Shown here piece by piece: positions 18,686 through 27,915 of a stretch of DNA of 64,000 nucleotides. The notes beneath the pieces were generated by a model. The model had not been told where the DNA came from and ran no database searches. It saw nothing but the letters and a program-made list of their open reading frames with translations. The stretch comes from an uncultured Syntrophaceae bacterium (GTDB taxonomy: Bacteria; Desulfobacterota; Syntrophia; Syntrophales; UBA5619). The translations under genes were made by a program, and so were the position numbers. Numbering within the stretch: the stretch's first letter is position 1; every line of letters starts with the position of its first letter. The stretch lies in contig CAZWTL010000001.1 of NCBI GenBank assembly GCA_964637025.1, positions 9,394 to 73,393 of the forward strand, given 5' to 3'.

Positions 18686-19744
18686 CTATTTTCCGATGAT
18701 CTTCCGGACGGCTTCGTCGAGCACGTGAACCGCCACGATCATCAACTTGAACCGTTCGTCCCCGGTTTGCCGGTGGAAGAATCGGTAGTAGATCTGCTGG
18801 GCAATGACGGCCAACCGGAATAGACCAAAACAGTAATAATATGATATATTTGAGATTGATATCCCCATGCGCTCCGCATACCGTCGACTAAAATCCTCCC
18901 GTGAAAGCATTCCCGGAAGATGGGTCGGAACCATCCGGATCGCCTGCACGGGCGGTGGGTCATCCCGGTTCACCCAGTAGGCGAGCGCCGCGCCGAGATC
19001 CATCAGCGGATCTCCGATCGTCGCCATCTCCCAATCCAAGACCCCGATGACGCGGAAGGGGTCCACGGGATTCAGGACCACATTGTCGAAGCGGTAGTCG
19101 TTGTGGATGACCGATGCACGGGGGGAATCCGGCGGCATCGCCTCGTAAAGCCAGGACATGACGCCTTCGAAATCCGGGGCGTCCGGCGTCCGGGCCGCCC
19201 GGTAGCGTTCACTCCATCCCTCCACCTGCCGCTGGACATAACCCGATGGCCTCCCGAATCCTTCCAATCCGATCTTTCCATAATCGATGCGGTGGAGTTC
19301 GACAAACACATCGATCAGCCTCTCGCAGAGAATCCCGGCCTGGGCCGGCGTAAAGGCGAGCCCTTCCGGCAGATCCCTCCTGAGGATCATCCCGCGGATC
19401 CTTTCCATGACATAGAAGGGACATCCGATAATGGACTCATCCTCCGCATAGACGAGCGGGTCTGGACAATAGGGGAAGACGGGCCGCAAGGCCCTGAGGA
19501 TGCGGTATTCCCGCCCCATGTCATGGGCCGTCTTCGCCTTGCGGCCGAAGGGCGGGCGACGCAGCACCAACTCCCGGTTCCCGCATCGGATCAGATAGGT
19601 CAGATTGGAATGGCCTCCGGGAAATTGCTCGACCCTGATATCCCCTTCCAGCCCGGGGATGCAATCCCGAAGAAACGGCTCCACTTTGCCGAGGTCCAAA
19701 TCTTCGCCCTTCCGCACCGGTCTCGTCCTGTCCGTCCAATCCAT
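18686..19744 (-). CDS. APH-fold phosphotransferase of the ACAD10/11-N-terminal / LvaA-like branch
   Basis: Motifs are EQFPGGHSNLTYLI near the N-terminus, the catalytic loop VIHNDYRFDNVV, and VLDWEMATIGDPLMDLG. Confidence 0.8.
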   Translation of the reverse strand: MDWTDRTRPVRKGEDLDLGKVEPFLRDCIPGLEGDIRVEQFPGGHSNLTYLIRCGNRELVLRRPPFGRKAKTAHDMGREYRILRALRPVFPYCPDPLVYAEDESIIGCPFYVMERIRGMILRRDLPEGLAFTPAQAGILCERLIDVFVELHRIDYGKIGLEGFGRPSGYVQRQVEGWSERYRAARTPDAPDFEGVMSWLYEAMPPDSPRASVIHNDYRFDNVVLNPVDPFRVIGVLDWEMATIGDPLMDLGAALAYWVNRDDPPPVQAIRMVPTHLPGMLSREDFSRRYAERMGISISNISYYYCFGLFRLAVIAQQIYYRFFHRQTGDERFKLMIVAVHVLDEAVRKIIGK

Positions 19745-19816
19745 GGTCGACCCCAGTTCCCCTGCCCTTGAAGGGGGCGTCCCATCATTCGTTCCGCGAC
19801 AACAAACGCCCGCCCG

Positions 19817-20590
19817 TCATGGTTCTGAAGCCGCCAGGGCGGCTGCACCGACGGCCCCGACCACCTGGGCGTTGGATGAGACGACCAGCGGCAGGCCGAT
19901 CGCCTTTTCCAGCGCCCGGACAACGCCTGCATTGCGCGCCACCCCACCGGTCATCATCACGGGTGCCGTCAGTCCGACGCGGTTCGTCATCGCCGCCACC
20001 CGGAAGGCGATCGCCTCGTGGATCCCGGCGATGATGTTTTCACGCGGTTCGCCGCTGGCGATCAGGGAAACCACCTCCGACTCCGCAAACACGGTGCAGA
20101 GGCTGCTGATCTTTGCCGGGCGCTCTGCCCGGAAGGCAAGCGCGCCGAAGTCGTCGAGATCCGCTTCGAGGGCGCGCGCCATCACTTCAAGGAACCGTCC
20201 CGTACCGGCCGCGCATTTGTCGTTCATCGAAAAATTGGTGACCCGTCCCCTCTCGTCCATGGCCACCGCCTTGCTGTCCTGTCCTCCGATATCGATCAGC
20301 GAACGGATCGAAGAATCGAAAAAACGGGCTCCGGCTGCGTGGCCCATGATCTCAGTCACCGCCTTATGGGCCATCGTTATGCTTTTGCGGCCGTACCCGG
20401 TCGCCACGATCCGGAAGAGGTCGCCGGGCATCAGACCCAGTTCCGAAAGCAATTCCTCGAGCACGCGTCGTCCCGCCGCCTCGGCATTGTATCCGGTGAA
20501 GATCACTCTGGCCCCGAGCATTTTGCCGTCCTTCAGTACGGCCGCCTTGGCGGTGATGGAGCCGATGTCGATCCCGGCCGTGATGCTCAT
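19817..20590 (-). CDS. BcrAD/BadFG/HgdC-type [4Fe-4S] ATPase (CoA-substrate-specific enzyme activase)
   Basis: Motifs are GIDIGSITAKA and IDIGGQDSK, plus both cluster-bridging Cys contexts (NDKCAAGTGRF and SLCTVFAESEV); 257 aa. The start overlaps the upstream SDR stop. Confidence 0.85.
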   Translation of the reverse strand: MSITAGIDIGSITAKAAVLKDGKMLGARVIFTGYNAEAAGRRVLEELLSELGLMPGDLFRIVATGYGRKSITMAHKAVTEIMGHAAGARFFDSSIRSLIDIGGQDSKAVAMDERGRVTNFSMNDKCAAGTGRFLEVMARALEADLDDFGALAFRAERPAKISSLCTVFAESEVVSLIASGEPRENIIAGIHEAIAFRVAAMTNRVGLTAPVMMTGGVARNAGVVRALEKAIGLPLVVSSNAQVVGAVGAAALAASEP

Positions 20591-21351
20591 ATGGCCGAAG
20601 CCCCCCCGTCCACAGTGATCGTCTGGCCGGTGATGTAGTCCCCGTAACGGGAGGCGAGGAGCAGGACGATGGGGACGAGGTCCGCAGGCTCGGCGATACG
20701 ACCTGCGGGAATCGCCTTGACGACCTGGTCGTGAATGGCCGGCGTCGACCAGAAGGGTTTGCTGAAATCGGTGCGCACCATCCCCGGGGCCACAGCATTG
20801 ACCTGGATGTTCGCTGGGGCAAGCTCCGCCGCGAGGACCTTCGTCAGCATGTCCAGTCCGGCCTTTGCGACCCCATAGATGCCCATGGCCGGTGCTGCCC
20901 TGGAGCCTGCAGTCGATGAGATGCTGATGATTTTTCCCCTTTTCCGTTCGCGCATGATGCGGGCGGCCTGCCTGGCACAGAGAAAAGCCCCGGTCAGGTT
21001 CCCTTCGATGATCTTGTTCCAGACTGCCGGCTCGGCGTCCACAACGGATGCGGTCAAGAGGTTCATCCCGACATTGTTGATGAGAATGTCCAAAGAACCG
21101 TACCGGCGCACGGCAGTCTCAAAAAGGTTAGCCACATCGTTCTCTCTGGCCACATGGCAGGCAACGGCGACAAGACGTTCCCCGGCATTCAGGGTATCCA
21201 CCGCCGCCCTGAGGTTTTCCTCTTTCCGGCCGCAAATGACCACCCGGCCGCCCTGCAGGAGAAAGTTTCGGGCCAATTCCAGGCCGATCCCCCGGCTTCC
21301 CCCCGTCACGACGACCACCCGGTCCTCCAAACCATACGAGATGCCCATCAT
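20587..21351 (-). CDS. SDR-family oxidoreductase
   Basis: It carries TGGSRGIG, NNVG and YGVAKAG motifs; 254 aa. Confidence 0.85.
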   Translation of the reverse strand: MMGISYGLEDRVVVVTGGSRGIGLELARNFLLQGGRVVICGRKEENLRAAVDTLNAGERLVAVACHVARENDVANLFETAVRRYGSLDILINNVGMNLLTASVVDAEPAVWNKIIEGNLTGAFLCARQAARIMRERKRGKIISISSTAGSRAAPAMGIYGVAKAGLDMLTKVLAAELAPANIQVNAVAPGMVRTDFSKPFWSTPAIHDQVVKAIPAGRIAEPADLVPIVLLLASRYGDYITGQTITVDGGASAI

Positions 21352-21587
21352 CCCTTCCCTCCCATGACAGATCCGTTTCGCACCCTTCGGCTGCTTTCAT
21401 GGCGCACCGAGGACACCCGTTGCCTGTCCGAAAACGGCGACGAGGTGCAACGGACAAATCCTCGTCCGGGGCAGGCGGTCTCACTCCCCCACGTCACGCA
21501 ATCGGTCGAACAAGGGCCTTCATCCGGGCCGGTGAAACGGAAACATCCTTTACACGACGACGATTCTATGCGAGGATTTTCCCCGCT

Positions 21588-22328
21588 TCACCGGCCACGG
21601 GGGTGGATCGGCGTGGGCTGGATCCAGCGCTCTTTATCGCCCTCGTAAAACCACTTGTCCGAGAAACCCCGATGACGGATGAATACCGGGTTCTCGGCCC
21701 AGCGGATCAGATCTTCATAAGCTTGATGGATCTTCCGGAACATCACTGCATCCCCCCCGAGATCGGGATGGTGCATCTTGGCCTGACGCCGGTAGGCGCC
21801 CCGGATGATCTTCCGGAGTTCGGGAGAGTCGAGGTTTGACTTCTCCAGATTCAGATAGATGAGGGACGCCGGCTTGATGTCGGGCGTGTGGAGGATTTTA
21901 GGCTTGACGGCTTGGGGGGGCACGAGGTTTCGGGCCGCCTGGTTGAGGACATGAAGCGTGGCGCAATACCGTTTCTTGGTCCGCCGCTGTTCCGCCCACC
22001 AGGTTTCACCCAAGATGTCCGCCATCCTTCCGAAATCCTCGCCAGGGTTTTTCCCGGGCGTACGGGGATAGAAAAAGCTTCGGATCTCCTTATAGCCGTA
22101 AGGGAGGACATCCATGATGATCATCAGGTCCGAAAAATAGAAGGTGGCATATCGGGTGTTGAGGGCCTGCATGAGGCCGCAACGCATGTCCAGCCGCTGG
22201 CGCAGTTTCTGCCGGCACTCGATGCTGCAGTAACGCCGACGGCCGAGATTTTCCGTCGTCCCGCAGGACAGGCACCTCCTCGGTTCTTGCTCCCCGACGG
22301 GAACAGGCAATAGGTTCATGATGCGCAT
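21588..22328 (-). CDS. Atypical J-domain protein (N-terminal zinc-ribbon-like CxxC...CxxxC, C-terminal J domain)
   Basis: The HPD motif sits in ...YRRQAKMHHPDLGGD...FRKIHQAYEDL. The N-terminus has CLSCG...YCSIEC. The start could be MRIM (22328) or MNLL (22319). Confidence 0.65.
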   Translation of the reverse strand: MRIMNLLPVPVGEQEPRRCLSCGTTENLGRRRYCSIECRQKLRQRLDMRCGLMQALNTRYATFYFSDLMIIMDVLPYGYKEIRSFFYPRTPGKNPGEDFGRMADILGETWWAEQRRTKKRYCATLHVLNQAARNLVPPQAVKPKILHTPDIKPASLIYLNLEKSNLDSPELRKIIRGAYRRQAKMHHPDLGGDAVMFRKIHQAYEDLIRWAENPVFIRHRGFSDKWFYEGDKERWIQPTPIHPRGR

Positions 22329-22471
22329 GATCCGATCTTCCGCTGCACGGCCCTTTGCCGTTCGGCGGCAAAAAAATAGAACAAGTCCATCCTATCACAA
22401 CAGAAAACAGAAAGGAAAGGGGGATTCCGGCCATCGATGGATATGCCCTGGAATCCTCAGCATTTCGAGTG

Positions 22472-23446
22472 ATGCTCAGCATCCTTGACCGCATTTACGC
22501 CAGCCGATCGAACCGCCGCCTATTTTTCAGGGAAGGCTGGGGGGAACTTGCCCGCATCCGTGAGATTCACCGCGCCGGAGATCATCCCGGACCGCCGCGA
22601 CCGGTCGAGATCCGATGGGAAGACGCCATGGAAAACGGGACCATGGTCCTGCGCCGGGGCATCTTCGCATCCCCGTATACCGACCTCCCCCTGCCGCCGG
22701 AGAGCCGGATGGCCTGCTTCGAACTGATCATGCCGCGGGGTGGCTGTAAAAGCACCCCTGTCTGCGTCCATTTTGCAGCGACCGGGGACGAGGGATTCGA
22801 TCGACGCCGCCGGGTGCTGGCATTGCCCCTGCTCCGGCACGGGATCGGTTCGCTGATCCTGGAAAATCCATATTACGGGCGCCGCCGTCCGCCGGGACAG
22901 CACCGGAAGATGCTGAACCGCTTCAGCGACCTCTGGGCCATGGGCGGCGCCGCCGTGGAAGAAGGCCGCTCCCTGATGCAATGGCTCCGCCGGGAAGGGT
23001 ACAGGCGGCTCGGGGTGTGCGGCATCAGCATGGGAGGGAGCATGGCGGCACGGGTCGCCATCCTCGAAAACGAACCGGTTGCCATGATCGGCTGCGTCAC
23101 CGCCCATTCGGCAAGCGCCGTTTTCACCGACGGAATCCTGAAGCACTCCCTCGACTGGGGGGTGCTGAACCGGGAACTCGATGGCCGGGAACCGGCGGCC
23201 GCCCTGATGCGGGAACTCCTGGACCTGACGGATCTGCGCAGGTCCCCGCCCCCGCGGCGGCCGGAGGCGGCCTTTCTCGTCGCCGCGAGACGAGACGCCT
23301 ATATACCGCCGGCTTCGGCGGCCATGTTGCATGCCCATTGGTCCGGATCGACCATGCGTTGGCTCGATACCGGCCACGTGGGGGCTTTTCTGTTTCATCA
23401 GGGGGATTTTCTGGCGGCGATTCGGGAGGCCTTTGACCGTCTTTAA
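22472..23446 (+). CDS. Alpha/beta hydrolase (ABHD18/DUF2048-like)
   Basis: It has the nucleophile-elbow GISMGG and upstream ...ILENPYYGRRRP..., as in ABHD18-type hydrolases. I set the start at MLSILDR (ATG 22472). Confidence 0.55.
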   Translation: MLSILDRIYASRSNRRLFFREGWGELARIREIHRAGDHPGPPRPVEIRWEDAMENGTMVLRRGIFASPYTDLPLPPESRMACFELIMPRGGCKSTPVCVHFAATGDEGFDRRRRVLALPLLRHGIGSLILENPYYGRRRPPGQHRKMLNRFSDLWAMGGAAVEEGRSLMQWLRREGYRRLGVCGISMGGSMAARVAILENEPVAMIGCVTAHSASAVFTDGILKHSLDWGVLNRELDGREPAAALMRELLDLTDLRRSPPPRRPEAAFLVAARRDAYIPPASAAMLHAHWSGSTMRWLDTGHVGAFLFHQGDFLAAIREAFDRL

Positions 23447-23556
23447 TCCCGGTGGCCGCGACCATGATGGTCATGCAGCCGATTTTCGGCTATTCTGAAT
23501 GCAACGGGATCATGGCGTCCGAGGGGAGGCTCGATCCGCGTCCCAAGGGGGGACCG

Positions 23557-24684
23557 ATGACCGTGTACGTTCGCCATGCGACCTATGAAAACGACGTCCT
23601 GAGGCCTTTGATATTCGGGATGATGGATGCGATGGGGGGAGGCGAGATCCGGAAGGGGAGCCGGGTCCTGGTGAAACCGAATCTGCTTTCTCCCGCGTTT
23701 CCTCGCCAGGCCGTGCTCACGCATCCCGGCGTCATCAAGGCTGCTGTCGAATACTGCATCGATCGGGGCGCCCGGGTGCTCGTTTCCGACAGCCCCGCGA
23801 TCGGTTCGTTCCATCTCATCCTCCGCAGGAACGGAATCCGCATGGCCCTCAGGGACCTCGACTGCGAATGCCGTCCATTTCAGAAATCCGTGCGGCTGGA
23901 TATCGGCGCCCCTTTCGGCGAGATCGAGATCGCGGAGGATGCCGCCCGGGCGGATTTCATCGTGAATCTGCCCAAGCTGAAGACCCACAGCCAGATGCTT
24001 CTCACTCTGGCCGTCAAGAACCTCTTCGGCTGCGTCGTCGGCGTTCGCAAACTGGAGTGGCACATGAGGGCCGGGATTGACCGGCAGGCTTTTGCACGGC
24101 TGATCGCCCGGATCGGCCTCAGCCTCAGCCCGGCCTTCAATATTCTTGACGGCGTCCTGGCCATGGAAGGACAGGGACCGGGCAAGAGAGGCATCCCGCG
24201 GGAGCTGTGCGTCATGCTCGCCGCCAGCGATCCTTTTGCCCTTGATCAGGCCGTGTGTCGGATGATCGCGCTGGATCCGGCAGCGGTTCCGGTCCTCAAG
24301 GCGGCTGGAGAACTGGGGTTCCCCATCCCGGAGGCCCGCATCGATGGCGTCCTCCCTGAAATCCACGACTTCCGCCTTCCCCGCAGGACCTCCCTGGTCT
24401 ATGGCCCGAAATTTACACACCGCTTCATTCGGCGGCAGGTTCTCCAGCGGCCGGTCTGCGATCCCGCCCTCTGCCGGCAGTGCGGTCAGTGCTTGTCGAT
24501 CTGTCCGGCTGGCGCGATCGTCCCTGAGGAGAAGCCGATTGACTTCGACTACGACCGGTGCATCCGCTGCTATTGCTGCATTGAAGTGTGCCCCTTCGGG
24601 GCAATCGACATTGGAGAGACCATGGTCAGCCGGATCATCCGCAGGGCCGCTTCCCTCATCCCGCAGTCAGTCAGGAAGAGATAA
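23557..24684 (+). CDS. DUF362-domain protein with C-terminal 2x[4Fe-4S] ferredoxin domain
   Basis: DUF362-like segments are VLVKPNLL... and ...LPKLKTH.... The C-terminus has CRQCGQCLSICP and CIRCYCCIEVCP. I set the start at MTVYVRH (ATG 23557). Confidence 0.7.
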   Translation: MTVYVRHATYENDVLRPLIFGMMDAMGGGEIRKGSRVLVKPNLLSPAFPRQAVLTHPGVIKAAVEYCIDRGARVLVSDSPAIGSFHLILRRNGIRMALRDLDCECRPFQKSVRLDIGAPFGEIEIAEDAARADFIVNLPKLKTHSQMLLTLAVKNLFGCVVGVRKLEWHMRAGIDRQAFARLIARIGLSLSPAFNILDGVLAMEGQGPGKRGIPRELCVMLAASDPFALDQAVCRMIALDPAAVPVLKAAGELGFPIPEARIDGVLPEIHDFRLPRRTSLVYGPKFTHRFIRRQVLQRPVCDPALCRQCGQCLSICPAGAIVPEEKPIDFDYDRCIRCYCCIEVCPFGAIDIGETMVSRIIRRAASLIPQSVRKR

Positions 24685-24973
24685 AAGGATTTACCTTTGC
24701 CATATTTTATGTTAGCAGACACTTGGACCGCAAGGCTGCACCGGGAACGGATCTCCTGTTTCGCCGAGCGGTCCGACGCATTCCGCTTCCACTCCCGGGA
24801 AGAGGGAGGATCGTCCCCAACGGGTTTCCACGGGCGAAAACGGATCAACCTCAAGCCGACGGTCCTGCGTTGGCTATTCCGCAGCCGTTGCGCGAAGGGC
24901 TCCGGACGCCGGAAATGAAATTCTTCTCGGGCCGTTTCCGGGATGAAATACGGCCCGGCTGCAAAAGGATGAC

Positions 24974-25690
24974 ATGGCAGATCAATTTGTCGAAGGATTG
25001 TCCGCCTATCTGCAGGGATCGGTTTCACTGTCTTTGCTGGCCGCTTATTTGGGAGGGGTGCTGATCAGCTTCACCCCTTGCGTCTACCCCGTGATTCCCA
25101 TCACCGCCGCATACATCGGCGCCCGCGGGGGCGGATCCAAGGGACGGGCGCTTCTCCTGTCCGTGGTCTATGTGACCGGCATGGCCGCAACCTATACGGT
25201 TCTCGGCGCCGCCGCCGCCCTTTCCGGAAAGCTGTTCGGCCAGGTCCAGAGCAACCCCTGGACCTATTTTCTGATCGGGAACCTTTGCGTGCTCATGGGA
25301 TTGTCGATGCTCGGCGTATTCCACTTTGCCGTCCCTACGCCGGACTTTGTGGCAAAGACGCAGACCCGCAACAAGGCAAAAGGGGTAGCAGGCAGTTTTC
25401 TGGTGGGGGCGGCCTCCGGACTCGTGATGGGTCCATGCACGACACCGGTTCTCGCCGTTCTTCTCGGCTATGCGGCAACGCGGCAGAATCTGGTCTTTGC
25501 GTCGAGTTTGATGTTTGTGTTTGCGTTCGGGATGGGCACCCTGCTCGTCCTGGTGGGTACCTTTGCCGGCTTTCTTTCGGCTATCCCCAAATCGGGTGTC
25601 TGGATGACCCGGATCACGACGATTTTCGGCTGGGTTCTACTGGGAGCGGGGGAGTATTTTTTGATCCATGCCGGAATGCTTTGGATATAA
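24974..25690 (+). CDS. ccdA: Cytochrome c biogenesis / thiol:disulfide electron-transfer membrane protein CcdA (DsbD-beta family)
   Basis: It is multi-TM with both conserved Cys contexts (SFTPCVYPVIP and GPCTTPV). Confidence 0.85.
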   Translation: MADQFVEGLSAYLQGSVSLSLLAAYLGGVLISFTPCVYPVIPITAAYIGARGGGSKGRALLLSVVYVTGMAATYTVLGAAAALSGKLFGQVQSNPWTYFLIGNLCVLMGLSMLGVFHFAVPTPDFVAKTQTRNKAKGVAGSFLVGAASGLVMGPCTTPVLAVLLGYAATRQNLVFASSLMFVFAFGMGTLLVLVGTFAGFLSAIPKSGVWMTRITTIFGWVLLGAGEYFLIHAGMLWI

Positions 25691-25700
25691 GGGGTAACTC

Positions 25701-26285
25701 ATGTTCTATTCGATGATGCGAAAACAGATCCTTTGCATCCCGGGTTCGAATGCGGGCAGCCTGCTGAACGCCGGCATGCGGTGGCTTGCCGCAGTGGCGA
25801 TGATGGCGGCGGTTCTGGCCTTCCCCCAGGACGGCCGCGCCGCCGGTCCACAGCCCCTGGTTACCGCCAAGACGGCCGTCGCCGACAGAGCCCCGGATTT
25901 CGTGCTCCGAGACTTGAAAGACCAGAGATTCCGCCTGAGCGACTTCAAGGGGAAAAACCCGGTCCTCATTATTTTCACGGCTACGTGGTGCACCTTCTGC
26001 AAGGATGAGATCCCCCGTTTCAAGTTCATCCATGAGACCTATGCAAAGCGGGGGTTGGAGATCGTCAACATCGACATCCAGGAATCGAAGGAAAGGGTGG
26101 CGCGCTTTACCGCCAAATATGGCATTCCCTACCGTGTGCTGCTCGATGAGGACGGCATCGTGAGCGGCATATACGGCATCCGGGGCGTGCCGTCGATGGT
26201 TTTGGTCGGCCCGGACGGGAACATCCTCTGTCGCCAGTGCCAGGGGGTGGAGCCCCTCATCGAGCCACTCCTGAAAAAGAGGTGA
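25701..26285 (+). CDS. TlpA/ResA-like periplasmic thioredoxin-fold thiol:disulfide oxidoreductase
   Basis: It has a signal/anchor segment, a WCTFC active site and the redoxin fold motif ...GVPSMVLV.... The exact start is uncertain (an internal MRWLAAV is possible). Confidence 0.8.
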   Translation: MFYSMMRKQILCIPGSNAGSLLNAGMRWLAAVAMMAAVLAFPQDGRAAGPQPLVTAKTAVADRAPDFVLRDLKDQRFRLSDFKGKNPVLIIFTATWCTFCKDEIPRFKFIHETYAKRGLEIVNIDIQESKERVARFTAKYGIPYRVLLDEDGIVSGIYGIRGVPSMVLVGPDGNILCRQCQGVEPLIEPLLKKR

Positions 26286-26306
26286 GATGGAACGGAGGTT
26301 GTCCTG

Positions 26307-26600
26307 ATGAGCGTGCTGATCCATTTTTCGATTTTTCCCACGGACAAGCAGACGGGTGTAAGTTCCTATGTCGCCAGGGCCGTCCGCATCATCCGCGACA
26401 GCGGCCTTCCCTACAAACTCGGTCCCATGAGCACGGCCGTCGAAGGAGAGTGGGAAGAAGTGATGGCCGTCGTTGAGCGTTGCTTCCGGGAACTCCGGAC
26501 GGATTGCGGCCGGATCTACATGACGCTCCAAATGGATTACCGGGAGGCCTCTCAGAACCGTATCGAGGGAAAGATCAAGTCGGTCGAGACGAAACTCTGA
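26307..26600 (+). CDS. MTH1187/YkoF-family (DUF77) thiamine-binding-like protein
   Basis: It is 97 aa, starts ...IHFSIFP and contains ...GLPYKLGPMSTAVEGEW.... GGAGG lies upstream of the ATG. Confidence 0.75.
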   Translation: MSVLIHFSIFPTDKQTGVSSYVARAVRIIRDSGLPYKLGPMSTAVEGEWEEVMAVVERCFRELRTDCGRIYMTLQMDYREASQNRIEGKIKSVETKL

Positions 26601-26615
26601 GAAAATCGGCAATCC

Positions 26616-27479
26616 CTATTTCTGGCAGATCAAGCAGATCCAGGTTCCCCGGCCCCCCATGTTGATGCGCTCAATGCGTCCTCCGCAACGCCTGCAGGGC
26701 GCCCCCTCCCGCGCGTATACCTCGAGATGGTCCTGATTCGTTCCGCGTCGGCCGAAGAGATCCCTCCAGTCGGAAACCGTTGTGCCCCGGCAGTCCACAG
26801 CCCGTTGCAGGATGACGGGGGCCGCTTCCGCGATCTTCCTCCATTCGGCGGCCTTCAGACTGCCGGCCGTCCGGCGGGGATCGATTCCTGCGGCAAAAAG
26901 AATCTCGCAGGCATAGATGTTTCCGATTCCGGCGACGAGATCCTGATCCATGAGGAAGGCTTTTACCGAACGCCGACGTGTCCCGGCGACCTTGTAAAGC
27001 CGCCGGGCCGATAGCCCGTCCATGGGGTCATCCGGAATGGCCGGGACCTTCGCTTCCGGATTCACCGTAAAGGTGGCAAAACGGCGCGGATCGATCAGCA
27101 GCAACGTTCCGGAGGAGCAACCGATGACCATGCGGCAATGTGGGGTCGTTCGGCCGGCCGGGGGCGTATCGGCCGGCCTGTAAAGCAGCCGCCCGGACAT
27201 CCGGAGGTGGATGGCCGCCGTCATGCCTCCCTCCATCTGCAAATGGATGCTCTTCCCCCTGCGAGTCACCTTGGAGATGCGGCGTCCAATCAGACCCGCG
27301 GGCTGATCCACCCCGGGGCTTTCCGGACCGGAGACCGGGAAAGACGCCACGCCTTTTTCCCGTTCCTGCCCGGTTTTTCGCAGACGCGAATCGAGGATTG
27401 CGATCCGGTGAATGATCCCGCCCCGAAGCACGCTGTTCAACTGGCGGCAAAGGGTCTCGACCTCTGGAAGTTCCGGCAT
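26616..27479 (-). CDS. mutM: Formamidopyrimidine-DNA glycosylase
   Basis: It has the N-terminal MPELPEVE and the C-terminal zinc finger CRRCGG...CLICQ. I set the start at ATG 27479, not the upstream ORF-track start. Confidence 0.9.
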   Translation of the reverse strand: MPELPEVETLCRQLNSVLRGGIIHRIAILDSRLRKTGQEREKGVASFPVSGPESPGVDQPAGLIGRRISKVTRRGKSIHLQMEGGMTAAIHLRMSGRLLYRPADTPPAGRTTPHCRMVIGCSSGTLLLIDPRRFATFTVNPEAKVPAIPDDPMDGLSARRLYKVAGTRRRSVKAFLMDQDLVAGIGNIYACEILFAAGIDPRRTAGSLKAAEWRKIAEAAPVILQRAVDCRGTTVSDWRDLFGRRGTNQDHLEVYAREGAPCRRCGGRIERINMGGRGTWICLICQK

Positions 27480-27671
27480 GACGGCTTTCCCAATCGGCCG
27501 CGCGGCTCGGGATCCGGATCGTCCCGAACGGCGCTCGCGGCGCCATTGATTTTGCAACGACTCTCATTGATGGCGGCGCCCTGTCAAGCAAAAAAGTGTC
27601 GCTTAAAATCAGACCTTTCAGTTCTTTTATTTCAAAAACGGGAACAATCAGTTCTTTAATAATTTAACTTT

Positions 27672-27683
27672 ATATTGCAATAT
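27672..27683. promoter_or_regulatory. Perfect 12-bp palindrome ATATTGCAATAT in an AT-rich divergent control region
   Basis: I read it directly from the sequence. It lies in the most AT-rich 60 nt of the window. Confidence 0.3.
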
Positions 27684-27736
27684 GTTAAATGAATTTTTTC
27701 AGAAAAATATAAGGTTACTATCGATTTACAATTTTA

Positions 27737-27759
27737 GACCGGAACAAGAAATTCCGGTC
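27737..27759. promoter_or_regulatory. Hairpin GACCGGAA-N7-TTCCGGTC (8-bp perfect stem)
   Basis: I read it directly from the sequence. No flanking U-tract is present, so its function is unassigned (operator or RNA structure). Confidence 0.3.
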
Positions 27760-27915
27760 CGAAAAGGACGTTTATGTAAAAAGCCCATGGTTATCATTGA
27801 CTTTCCTCATTGGCATGGATATTCCATTAATTTGAAGCTGTGCGTCCGATCGATGATTTGATGGATGTCTCGATCCGCGACACAGGCAACGGACGAGTGG
27901 CAAGGATGAGGCGGC

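Noticed and set aside
27811-27826. A sigma54-like element, TGGCATGGATATTCCA, lies upstream of the small ORF.
   Set aside because: The -24 GG is present, but the -12 element reads TTCC and lacks the invariant GC. This contrasts with the perfect site at 11741-11756.
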